Positions 20,639-28,973 of a stretch of DNA of 64,000 bases are shown piece by piece. The notes below the pieces were generated by a model. It worked only from the letters and a program-made list of their open reading frames with translations. It was not told the DNA's origin and did no database searches. The translations under genes and the position numbers were made by a program. The stretch covers positions 96,001 through 160,000 of the forward strand of contig CAXXHG010000018.1 in the NCBI GenBank assembly GCA_963666315.2. Direction: 5' to 3'. This DNA comes from Candidatus Binatia bacterium. GTDB taxonomy: Bacteria; Desulfobacterota; Binatia; Bin18. Position 1 is the first letter of the stretch. The number at the start of each line of letters is the position of its first letter.

Positions 20639-20828
20639 GAGAATTGGGCGAGCAACCTCGCCCCTCCACCCTCGTTGTCATTATCCTCACCACAACGGCT
20701 CGGACGCTAAACACGCGCCCTCGGACATTGCTCGCAGCTAGGCCCAGGCAATCTTAGGATCAGCCCAATTCAGACCGGCATCTATCAAACTCATAGGGGA
20801 TACGCACCAGACACGGGCAAACACCCAC

Positions 20829-21782
20829 TTACGCGACGCGGTGCAATAATGGCTCCCCAGCTCGTAAACGCCGGCAGTTCTCGAATGCAATCGCACAACT
20901 GCGTTCGAGTGTTTCAGGTGTGAGCCACGCAATGTGGGGTGTGACCACGACATTATCAAGTGTCAGCAGGGGGTTGTCCGTGTGAATGGGCTCGTCCGCG
21001 AACACATCCAGGCCGACCGCGCGGAGATGGCCTGACTGAAGGGCTGCGATCAGTGCGGGTTCGTCCACCAATCCACCCCGAGCGGTATTGATAAAAACAC
21101 TGCCCGGCTTCATGCGCGCAAAGGCAGCCGCATCCATCAGGCGCGTGGTTTCAGGCGTGAGCGGAACGTGGAGTGAGATAATATCTGAAACACGAAGCAG
21201 TTCGTCAAAGGAACACGGCTTCCCCACAACCTGCGGCTTGGCTCGGCGGGCTGTATAGACCACGGTGGCGCCACAGGCATGCAGAATGGGAGCAAGATGC
21301 GCAGCCACCGCGCCATAACCAGCAAGACCAACGACCCGACCGTTCAGTTCACCCAGCGTATCCAGCACAGCATGAACCTGCGGTTCGGCCTCCCAGCCCT
21401 TTTTCTGTCGCGTTGTCGTATCCCAAAAGGTAACCCGGCGCAGCGTCGCAAGCATGAGCAGCAGGGTCAGTTCGGCCACTGCCGGTGTGTTGGTTCCCGG
21501 CATATTGGCAACGGCAATGCCGCGCTGCCGGGCAGCGTCTAGGTCGATCGTATTCACCCCAACTCCAATCTTGTGTATGAGCCGGAGCTGTGGGGCGGCC
21601 GCTATCACCGCAGCCGTAACTGGCTCCAGCACGTGCAAGAGGACGTGAGCGTCTTGCATGGCCTCAGTAAAGGTCGCGGTATCGGCTTCATCCACAATGA
21701 CAATATCGAGCCAGGCGGGCGCGTGCTGTTCCAACTGACGCTGGAAACCAGGACTCGCTCGGTATTGGAGGACGGCCTTCAT
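20829..21782 (-). CDS. D-isomer-specific 2-hydroxyacid dehydrogenase
   Basis: GVGVNTID, GYGAVA, INTARGGLVDE, LDVFADEP, TPHIAW. Confidence 0.93.
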   Translation of the reverse strand: MKAVLQYRASPGFQRQLEQHAPAWLDIVIVDEADTATFTEAMQDAHVLLHVLEPVTAAVIAAAPQLRLIHKIGVGVNTIDLDAARQRGIAVANMPGTNTPAVAELTLLLMLATLRRVTFWDTTTRQKKGWEAEPQVHAVLDTLGELNGRVVGLAGYGAVAAHLAPILHACGATVVYTARRAKPQVVGKPCSFDELLRVSDIISLHVPLTPETTRLMDAAAFARMKPGSVFINTARGGLVDEPALIAALQSGHLRAVGLDVFADEPIHTDNPLLTLDNVVVTPHIAWLTPETLERSCAIAFENCRRLRAGEPLLHRVA

Positions 21783-21794
21783 CTCGTACTTGGG

Positions 21795-23108
21795 TTATAT
21801 CCGGGTCGGCAGGACGCTCCGACCGGCAAAGCGAGCCGCGTCTCCGAGCGCTTCTTCAATCCGAATGGTTTCGTTCCATTTGGCCGTGCGCTCAGAGCGG
21901 GTGATAGAGCCGACTTTGAGCTGTCCCGCGTCCCAACCGATGGCTAGATGCACAATGGTTAGGTCTTCGCTTTCACCCGACCGAGCAGACACAATCGTCC
22001 CCCACCCCGCCACTTTTGCAGCATCCAATGCGGCTTTGGTCTCAGTCATGGTGCCGGCTTGGTTGGGCTTAATGAGGGCGGCGTTACACGCGCCATGTCT
22101 CACTGCTTCAGCGATCCGGTCTGCATTGGTGACAAGATAATCGTCGCCAATAACCTGGATATTTTCTCCCACGGCTGCGGTGAACCGGGCCATACCTGTG
22201 TCGTCATCTTCGGCAACCGGATCCTCCATGGACACAATCGGGTAGCGGTCGATCCATTCCAGCAACATTTCGATCAAGCCGTCGCTATCCAGACGACGCT
22301 GTTCCAGTCCAAGGGTATACCCAGCGGCGGAACCAAATTCGGATGCAGCAATATCGAGCGAGATGCCAACCTGATCGCCTGGGATATAGCCGGCAGCCTC
22401 AATTGCCCGCACCAGCATTTCGAGCGCCTCTTCGTTTGAGTCGAAAACGGGCCACCAGCCACCCTCATCAGCCACCCCTGCCAGGCGGTCGCTTTTGGCC
22501 ATGAGTGAACCAGCCGCAGCATAGATCTCAGCAGTCATGAGTACGGCTTCATCAAAGCTGCGTGCGCCGAGTGCCATCACCATACAATCTTGGATATCAA
22601 TCCGACGGCCGGCATGCGCGCCGCCGCCAAAAATCTGGATCTCTGGCAAAGGCAGTCGAACCGGGTTGTCGCCGGCCAGCATGCGCCACACGGGCAGACC
22701 CGCAGCCTGGGCCGCCGCGTGGAGCACGGCCATAGACACGGCGATGGTCGCGTTGCCACCCAGACGCGCCTTGTTCGGGGTTCCATCCAGCGCAATCAAT
22801 GTTGCATCAACGCTCGCCTGCTGTGTCGCGTCCAGGCCATGCAGGCTGTCGGCAATCTCAGTTTGCACAGCCTGGACTGCACGCGATACACCAAACCTGC
22901 CGAGCCCGCCGAGCTCTGCTAACAGGCTGTCAGCCCTGTCTCCGTCACGCAGATCAATCGCTTCGTGACTCCCCCGCGAGGCACCGGCTGGCGCAATGGC
23001 GCGGCCGATCGCCCCGCCGGCCAGGGTCACCTCGGCCTCAACGGTTGGTCGGCCACGCGAGTCCCATACGCGACGGCCGGTGACATGGGTGATGCTTGTT
23101 GCGCTCAC
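21795..23108 (-). CDS. Enolase paralog with non-canonical active-site residues
   Basis: DSRGRPTVE, GASRG, DEGG, LDIAASEF, EDP, GDD, LIKPNQ and RSER retained; IQD replaces IQE and SARSGE replaces SHRSGE; GTG start overlaps the kinase TGA (GTGA). Confidence 0.9.
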   Translation of the reverse strand: MSATSITHVTGRRVWDSRGRPTVEAEVTLAGGAIGRAIAPAGASRGSHEAIDLRDGDRADSLLAELGGLGRFGVSRAVQAVQTEIADSLHGLDATQQASVDATLIALDGTPNKARLGGNATIAVSMAVLHAAAQAAGLPVWRMLAGDNPVRLPLPEIQIFGGGAHAGRRIDIQDCMVMALGARSFDEAVLMTAEIYAAAGSLMAKSDRLAGVADEGGWWPVFDSNEEALEMLVRAIEAAGYIPGDQVGISLDIAASEFGSAAGYTLGLEQRRLDSDGLIEMLLEWIDRYPIVSMEDPVAEDDDTGMARFTAAVGENIQVIGDDYLVTNADRIAEAVRHGACNAALIKPNQAGTMTETKAALDAAKVAGWGTIVSARSGESEDLTIVHLAIGWDAGQLKVGSITRSERTAKWNETIRIEEALGDAARFAGRSVLPTRI

Positions 23109-24133
23109 CGGGTTTCCTTTTGCCAAACGTGGAGTAGGTCGACCAAGGTCTCGACAGGCTGCTGGAGCAGGCTAATAGCAACGCGCCGGACCTGAGCCCG
23201 ATCTGCTTCTACACTCAGATATTCAACCGGGGACTTGCCATCAATACGACCCAAAAGCAGGCCGGGCAACAGATGCGCAACCCGCCGTTCGAACGCAGCC
23301 CAGGGCTCCCACCTGACGGCTTGAGCATAGGTCTGGGTAAAGACTTCGAAACACTGCATATACTGCTCGCTCCACTCAGGTCGCCACACGCATTTCAGCA
23401 GCAGATGATTCAGACAAAACGCCACGTCAAAGGCGGGGTCTCCATACCAAGCACATTCCGCATCGAGCAGCAGCGGCCCCTGGGGTCCAACCAGAATATT
23501 TTTGGGACTGACATCGCCGTGTACTAAGGCGCACTTTGTGGCCGCCGTTCTGTCTGCTAGCAGGCGCAGGCGATCGGCACACTCAGGATGCACCTGAGCG
23601 GTTGCCAACAAATAGGGTTCTATGCGTATGGAATAAAAGATATGGTCGGTCGCGAAACGGTTAGCAACATCGTCGTTATGAGCTGTCCCAGCATGAATCT
23701 GGACCAGACAGGCAGCCACGGCTTGTGCCGTCTCCGGGTGAATCACGCCGTCACGCAGTTGCTCTTTCCAGACTGGATAGGTGTGCGGATCGAGATAGGT
23801 CATCGCAAACAGACCCACTTGGGTATCGACCCCCACGAGAGAAGGAACGGCCTGGGGAACGATACCGGCGGCCACACGGATCCACTCGACTTCAAAACTG
23901 TTGCGCTCGACCGGAGCATACCAGGTTGCGGCCACACGGAGCTGAGGCAGTGCGCGTTTGAGACAGATGGACCCGGTCGCTACATCTACGCGGACGATAT
24001 CGGACGACACACCGCCGGTGAGCGGTGTGAGTCGTGGCCTCTCCCCTTCCTCTATCAGACCCATCCGGACTAAGGCTGCATAGAGTTCGTCTAGCTCATC
24101 TAGTTCGTTTGGGGATATGGTGCTGGCTCCCAT
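23105..24133 (-). CDS. APH/methylthioribose-kinase-like phosphotransferase
   Basis: GGVSSD, CLKRAL, Brenner motif HGDVSPKNILV, LDAE. Confidence 0.88.
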   Translation of the reverse strand: MGASTISPNELDELDELYAALVRMGLIEEGERPRLTPLTGGVSSDIVRVDVATGSICLKRALPQLRVAATWYAPVERNSFEVEWIRVAAGIVPQAVPSLVGVDTQVGLFAMTYLDPHTYPVWKEQLRDGVIHPETAQAVAACLVQIHAGTAHNDDVANRFATDHIFYSIRIEPYLLATAQVHPECADRLRLLADRTAATKCALVHGDVSPKNILVGPQGPLLLDAECAWYGDPAFDVAFCLNHLLLKCVWRPEWSEQYMQCFEVFTQTYAQAVRWEPWAAFERRVAHLLPGLLLGRIDGKSPVEYLSVEADRAQVRRVAISLLQQPVETLVDLLHVWQKETR

Positions 24134-24146
24134 CGTCAGTAGAGCG

Positions 24147-25226
24147 CTAATAGGCTTTCATCACGTGCTCAGCAAAGTCTGCAAATACTTTCCGCGCAGA
24201 CGCCATGGGCGGCAGCAGCGTGATCTCTTGTAGACCGGCTTTTTCAGCTTGACGAATCTTGTCAATAATCTCAGCCGGCTCTCCCACCAGGCATGAACCC
24301 TGAATCGCCTCAGGGGTGATGAAGCGGCGCTCTTCCGGGACTAAGAATGTACAGTGGCCGTTATGCACTTGCAGATAACGCTTGTCTGGCGGCGTCTCCA
24401 TGGCATCTACATAGGCACAATACTCTTCCCAGACCGGCTTAAAATACTGGGGCACAACTTCTTCGCTCGGTGTTTTGCTATAGATCTCATAGACATAATG
24501 GAGAATGCACGACACCATCGAGCCACACTCGTCAATGACGCGATCTGAGTTCACGGCCTCCCCAGGCTGAAGCACGACCGAGGTGTTGAACGTCGCCATG
24601 CGAAAATCTCCACTCAGGCTACGTCCCGCCTTTTCAGCACCTTCACGTATCAAAGGCAGATGATAGCTCTCGACCCTGTCCGGTTGCTCGCCAAAAAAGA
24701 CCAAGCCGTCCCCAAACTCGCCAACGGCTTTGAGCGCCCGGGGTGCATTGGCCGCAACATAGATGGGAATGGCGTCATCAAGATTAATAAAACCCAGATC
24801 AAGATGCAGGAAACGGATGGTCCGCGTTTCCCCGTCTCGGGTATAATCGACTTCCTCTCCGTTCAGGAGCGTTTTGATAACACGCAAATATTCCCGAAAG
24901 TCTCGAATTTTCATCGGATCCATGCCCATGACCCGCATGGCAGTATGGCCGGTGCCAATGCCGAGAAAGACCCGTCCGGGGGCAATGCGGTTAATCGACG
25001 CAATGGAATGGGCGGTGACCGGCGCAATTCGAGTACCGGGGATGGCCACACCTGTCCCGAGCCGAATGCGCGACGTGTTGTGGGCGGCCAGGGCGAGTGT
25101 GGCATAACAGTCCGACCAGATCATCTGCGAGTCGGGTATCCAGGCGCGGTCATAGCCGAGGTCTTCGGCCTCTTTGATCAACTGCCAATCATCAATTTTG
25201 GTGGCAACACAGATACCAAATTCCAT
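24147..25226 (-). CDS. LLM-class flavin/F420-dependent oxidoreductase
   Basis: AEDLGYDRAWIPDSQ, GRVFLGIGTG, PIYVAANAP; close paralog of 38414..39493. Confidence 0.92.
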   Translation of the reverse strand: MEFGICVATKIDDWQLIKEAEDLGYDRAWIPDSQMIWSDCYATLALAAHNTSRIRLGTGVAIPGTRIAPVTAHSIASINRIAPGRVFLGIGTGHTAMRVMGMDPMKIRDFREYLRVIKTLLNGEEVDYTRDGETRTIRFLHLDLGFINLDDAIPIYVAANAPRALKAVGEFGDGLVFFGEQPDRVESYHLPLIREGAEKAGRSLSGDFRMATFNTSVVLQPGEAVNSDRVIDECGSMVSCILHYVYEIYSKTPSEEVVPQYFKPVWEEYCAYVDAMETPPDKRYLQVHNGHCTFLVPEERRFITPEAIQGSCLVGEPAEIIDKIRQAEKAGLQEITLLPPMASARKVFADFAEHVMKAY

Positions 25227-25261
25227 CTCATTCTCCTTTCACAGGTTCGGCGTTTACTACC

Positions 25262-25349
25262 CTGCCGCCATAGCACTTTGGCGATAGGTAAAAAAGGCTG
25301 CTTATTCCGGCATCTATCGTAGGTCGGGTTAGCGTAGCGTAACCCAACA
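25262..25349. repeat. Imperfect direct repeat copy 2 (promoter-like segment plus GTAG-type REP)
   Basis: See 20542..20638. Confidence 0.85.
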
Positions 25350-25514
25350 CTGAACGCTAACTCCGTGCGGAGAGTGCAGTTTTGTAAGGAAACCAGGGGA
25401 AACGAGCAGCAAGGAGGAGCGCGTTAATCTGATCCATTCTGCGCTTGGCACAAGATTCAGGCACCGGGACCTACCAACTCCAGCATCTGCCCGTTTGTCC
25501 GAGCGGCTTTAGTC

Positions 25515-25610
25515 GCCTAACGCTCCGCCTCAGCCACCGTGGCCCACCCCTATCCTTTCGGCTTCAGTCAGAGCCGCTAGCGCCACGCTGCCCAGGCTGG
25601 AGCGTCAAGC
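25515..25610 (+). other. Degenerate attC-like site
   Basis: GCCTAAC followed by GCTCCGCCT, pairing with AGGCTGGAGC (one extra base) followed by GTCAAGC (consensus GTTAGGC); next to an integrase relic. Confidence 0.35.
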
Positions 25611-25677
25611 GCGTTTTCGCCTGTCCGATACCCATTTTGTTGGTGGTCTGAGAGTGCATGGTAATCCCGCCCACAGT

Positions 25678-25776
25678 CAGATCCGCTAGGCTGTATACCT
25701 CTTGTCCCCTCCGATTCAACAGGTGAGTAGTGACTATCGTCGTGCTCACGTCACGATGGCCGAATAATTCCTGAAT
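25678..25776 (-). pseudogene. C-terminal remnant of an integron-type tyrosine integrase
   Basis: IQELFGHRDVSTTIVTTHLLNRRGQEVYSLADL resembles the IntI C-terminus VQELLGHxDVSTTMIYTHVLNRGxxGVxSPLD; catalytic Tyr lost. Confidence 0.75.
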
Positions 25777-25870
25777 GGCAAATCGGATTCCCAAAGAGGT
25801 TGACTGCTTTTGCACTAGGCTGAACCGATAGTGAAAGGGTCAGGCGGAGAAAAGTGTGGATGTGCCGCAA

Positions 25871-25912
25871 GAAACCCACCCCGGCGCTAAGCGCCACCCT
25901 CCAAGGAGGGGA
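25871..25912 (+). repeat. Dispersed repeat family AACCCACCCCGGCGCT...CGCCACCCCTCCAAGGAGG (other copies ~44541-44580, ~49665-49705, rc ~58921-58970)
   Basis: Direct visual match among four intergenic or gene-end copies. Confidence 0.7.
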
Positions 25913-26068
25913 TAGTAAAATGGGCGGGTGATCAGCCTAGGGGAAATACGTAGAGAGTTACTCCCTGGAGCAAGAAGACGGCAGGCTGCACCGACCTTGA
26001 CGCCTCCCCCATCGGGCGCCTAATAAAAAACACCAGAAAGCAGGGGGCAAGGAGAAGGAGGAGGAGTC

Positions 26069-26965
26069 ATGGACTACGGTGTTGTGTTACCCCACCTCGG
26101 GGCGTTCGCGCGTGAGAATGTCGTTGAGCGCGTACGCATTGTCGCGCAACAGGCAGAGGCTCTGGGCTTCAATTCGCTGTGGGTAGGCGATCATCTGATT
26201 GTGCCAACCAAGCTCAACTCCAAATATCCCTACCACCCTGAAGGCCGCTTTCCCCTTGACCCGGCGGACAACTTCCTCGAACCGCTCACAGTGCTGAGCT
26301 ATGTGGCCGCCCAGACCACCACCATCCGGCTGGGCACCGGGGTGCTCATTATTCCGTACCGTAACCCAGTCGTCACGGCCAAGATGTTTGCCACCCTTGA
26401 TGTGTTGTCTGGGGGACGCACCATTGTCGGCGCAGGCGTGGGCTGGATGGAAGAAGAGTTCGAGATTTTACATGCCCCGTACCATGAACGTGGGGCGCAG
26501 ACGGACGAGTATCTCCAGGCTATGAAGATTCTGTGGACCGAACAGGAGCCACAGTTCGAGGGACGCTATGAAAAGTTTGCCGACATCAGATGTGAACCGA
26601 AGCCTGTGCAAAAGCCCCATCCACCGATTTGGATAGGCGGTCATAGCAAAGCAGCCCTACGCCGGACGGCAACACTAGCCGACGGCTGGTATGGACACGT
26701 GCTGTGGCGCAATCCAGATGCCCTGCCGCGTGAGATTCAGACCATCAGACAATTTGCAGAGCAGGCCGGTCGAGACCCCGACGCTCTGACCTATGCCGCA
26801 CTCGCCTACGAGCAAACGCCAGAAGACGTCCTCCGTGCCTTACCGCGTTATCAACAGGCCGGCCTTGATCATGTGGTATTGGCCTTCTTCATGTGGACAC
26901 AGCACTTTGACGACATGCTGAAACTTATGGAACGGTTTGCCAAAGAAGTCGGGCTTAGAAATTAG
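26069..26965 (+). CDS. LLM-class F420-dependent oxidoreductase (Rv2161c-like)
   Basis: GFNSLWVGDH, TLDVLSGGR, GVGWMEEEF, PKPVQKPHPPIWIGG. Confidence 0.92.
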   Translation: MDYGVVLPHLGAFARENVVERVRIVAQQAEALGFNSLWVGDHLIVPTKLNSKYPYHPEGRFPLDPADNFLEPLTVLSYVAAQTTTIRLGTGVLIIPYRNPVVTAKMFATLDVLSGGRTIVGAGVGWMEEEFEILHAPYHERGAQTDEYLQAMKILWTEQEPQFEGRYEKFADIRCEPKPVQKPHPPIWIGGHSKAALRRTATLADGWYGHVLWRNPDALPREIQTIRQFAEQAGRDPDALTYAALAYEQTPEDVLRALPRYQQAGLDHVVLAFFMWTQHFDDMLKLMERFAKEVGLRN

Positions 26966-27360
26966 AGGTCACGACGATTTGACTCTTGCGCTTGGCCCAC
27001 TTGCGCGAGCACCAATCGCATCGGAGAGAGTGTTCGGCTCAAAGGATTTACCATTAAGCCCACCGTCTCAAGAGTGACTGCTCCTAATAGTGGACCATCG
27101 TCGGCTTCTCCGAGCACGACTGGAGAAGTTGCACTGTATCCCTCAAGAGTAAAACGACACTCAGACACTCCCCGGGTGATAGTCGTTCCATCGGCAAGGG
27201 TAAATTCCACACTCCGTTGGGGCTTCAGTTTCAGGCTACGCCATAGATGAAGAGGAAGCACAGTGTAGACCGCCCCTGTGTCAACAAGGAAGCGAACATC
27301 TATGGAGCGACCTCGTCCGCTGGGTTTGGCTACCGTAGCACGGACATATGTGAGACCCAT
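26962..27360 (-). CDS. Clan AA (retropepsin-like) aspartic protease, AF0612-like
   Basis: FLVDTGA, LADG, LLGAVTLE. Confidence 0.85.
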   Translation of the reverse strand: MGLTYVRATVAKPSGRGRSIDVRFLVDTGAVYTVLPLHLWRSLKLKPQRSVEFTLADGTTITRGVSECRFTLEGYSATSPVVLGEADDGPLLGAVTLETVGLMVNPLSRTLSPMRLVLAQVGQAQESNRRDL

Positions 27361-27400
27361 TCTCTTTTCTCCTCAGACACGATTTCCGCTCGGTTCATTC

Positions 27401-27955
27401 TTACTCGGAGTAGGCCTCAGGTCGCAAGACAGCAATGTAGGGCAGGTTGCGATAGTGCCCGGCAAAGTCGAGGCCATAGCCGACTACAAAGACATCTTCT
27501 ATGACAAAGCCGCGAAAGTCGGCTTCACTGTTCACAGCTCGCCGGGCGGGTTTGTCGAGCAGCACACAGGTTTTGACTTCGCTCGCGCCATGCTCGAACA
27601 GTGCTGCGCGGAGAAACTCCAAGGTCCGGCCCGTGTCGAGGATGTCATCAACCAGGAGAATACGGCGTCCCTGGATTTCTTTCTCAGCAGGAAAGTATTC
27701 AAGGCTGAGAGTTCCGGCCGCCGTCTCGTCTCGGTAGCTCGACACCGCGGCAAAGGTTAGTGCAAGCGGGAAGGACAGGCGCCGGATCAAGTCAGCCGTA
27801 AAAACACAGCCGCCTTTGAGCACGGAAACGACGGTGCATGCATCATCGCGGAAATATGCCCTGACTTCGCCTCCAATCCGGTCAACACCGGCTCGGATTT
27901 CTGCTTCCGTGAATAGGATGCGCTCAATATCTTTTTCCAATTCCGGCGTTCCCAT
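27401..27955 (-). CDS. hpt: Hypoxanthine phosphoribosyltransferase
   Basis: VLKGG, VSSY, LLVDDILDTGRT, LLDKP, FVVGYGLD, YRNLPYI. Confidence 0.95.
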   Translation of the reverse strand: MGTPELEKDIERILFTEAEIRAGVDRIGGEVRAYFRDDACTVVSVLKGGCVFTADLIRRLSFPLALTFAAVSSYRDETAAGTLSLEYFPAEKEIQGRRILLVDDILDTGRTLEFLRAALFEHGASEVKTCVLLDKPARRAVNSEADFRGFVIEDVFVVGYGLDFAGHYRNLPYIAVLRPEAYSE

Positions 27956-28033
27956 CCCTTTTTGACCCTATCTCCGATTGACTCGCCACCAAGAAGCTTT
28001 TAGCACAAGACAAGAGAGGAAAGGAGAATAGTA

Positions 28034-28777
28034 GTGCGCCAAAAATTATTAACAGTCCTGTTTGGGGTTCTTTGTATCGGCCTGCTGACATTCCCTTCGC
28101 AAGCGGCAGACTGGGCAGCAGTCTTAGCCGACCCGGATCGTCCCGAGGCAGACCGGGCACGAGATGGCAATCGGAAGCCCGATCAGGTCTTGCAGTTCTT
28201 GGGTATCGGCCCAGGCAAGAAAGTCGCCGACCTGCTTGCCGGTGGAGGGTATTACACCCGTATCCTGGTCAAAGCCGTAGGGGAAGAAGGCGCGGTCTAC
28301 GCAGGCAATAACCCCTTCTATATGCGTTTCGTAGCAAAGCCCTGGAGCGAGTTATTTGCCACACCAGCCTTTCAGCACGTGCACCGTATCGACGGACGTG
28401 CTGAGCAGATGGCTCTGCCCCAAGACGGATCACTCGATGCCGTCATCATGGTCCTGGCTTATCATGATCTTTTTCTGACGGATGAAGATCGAACAAAAAT
28501 GAACGCGCGTATCTTTGCTACGCTCAAGCCGGGTGGCGTATACGGAATTATCGATCACCACGCTCAAGAGGGTAGTGGTACGACAGCGGTGAAGTCGCTC
28601 CACCGCATTGAGGAGTCGGTGATAACGAAAGAGGTTACGGCGGCAGGTTTTGTCTTAGCCAAAAAGGGTGATTTTCTGCAAAATCCCAAGGATGACCATA
28701 CCAAGATCGTCTTTGATCCAGGCATCCGAGGCAAAACAGATCGATTCGTACTGCGCTTTGAAAAGCCAGCGGAATGA
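28034..28777 (+). CDS. Predicted class I SAM-dependent methyltransferase with signal peptide (COG4798-like)
   Basis: Hydrophobic N-terminus ending SQA; DRARDGNRKP, VADLLAGGGYYT, LKPGG, TDRFVLRF. Confidence 0.82.
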   Translation: MRQKLLTVLFGVLCIGLLTFPSQAADWAAVLADPDRPEADRARDGNRKPDQVLQFLGIGPGKKVADLLAGGGYYTRILVKAVGEEGAVYAGNNPFYMRFVAKPWSELFATPAFQHVHRIDGRAEQMALPQDGSLDAVIMVLAYHDLFLTDEDRTKMNARIFATLKPGGVYGIIDHHAQEGSGTTAVKSLHRIEESVITKEVTAAGFVLAKKGDFLQNPKDDHTKIVFDPGIRGKTDRFVLRFEKPAE

Positions 28778-28812
28778 ACGGGAATACGGTTTCCATTTGA
28801 TCACTGTCCATT

Positions 28813-28871
28813 CCCGTTCATGCTTCGACAGAGCCAGTCCTGAGCTTGCCGAAGGGCTCAGCACAAACGGG
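28813..28871. repeat. Palindromic REP-like element (CCCGTTCATGCT...AGCACAAACGGG); related sequence ~33232-33282
   Basis: Imperfect terminal inverted repeat; CTGAGCTTGCCGAAG core shared with ~33243. Confidence 0.55.
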
Positions 28872-28917
28872 GACCCCTCGCACTTTACTGCGATACAGAC
28901 ACATCCCGCGTAGCAAC

Positions 28918-28948
28918 AAAAAAGGGCAGCCTGAATAGACTGCCCTTT
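28918..28948. terminator. Intrinsic terminator between convergent genes
   Basis: AAAGGGCAG...CTGCCCTTT stem preceded by an A-tract. Confidence 0.75.
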
Positions 28949-28973
28949 CCTCCATCACAAGTCTGGTGAAGAA

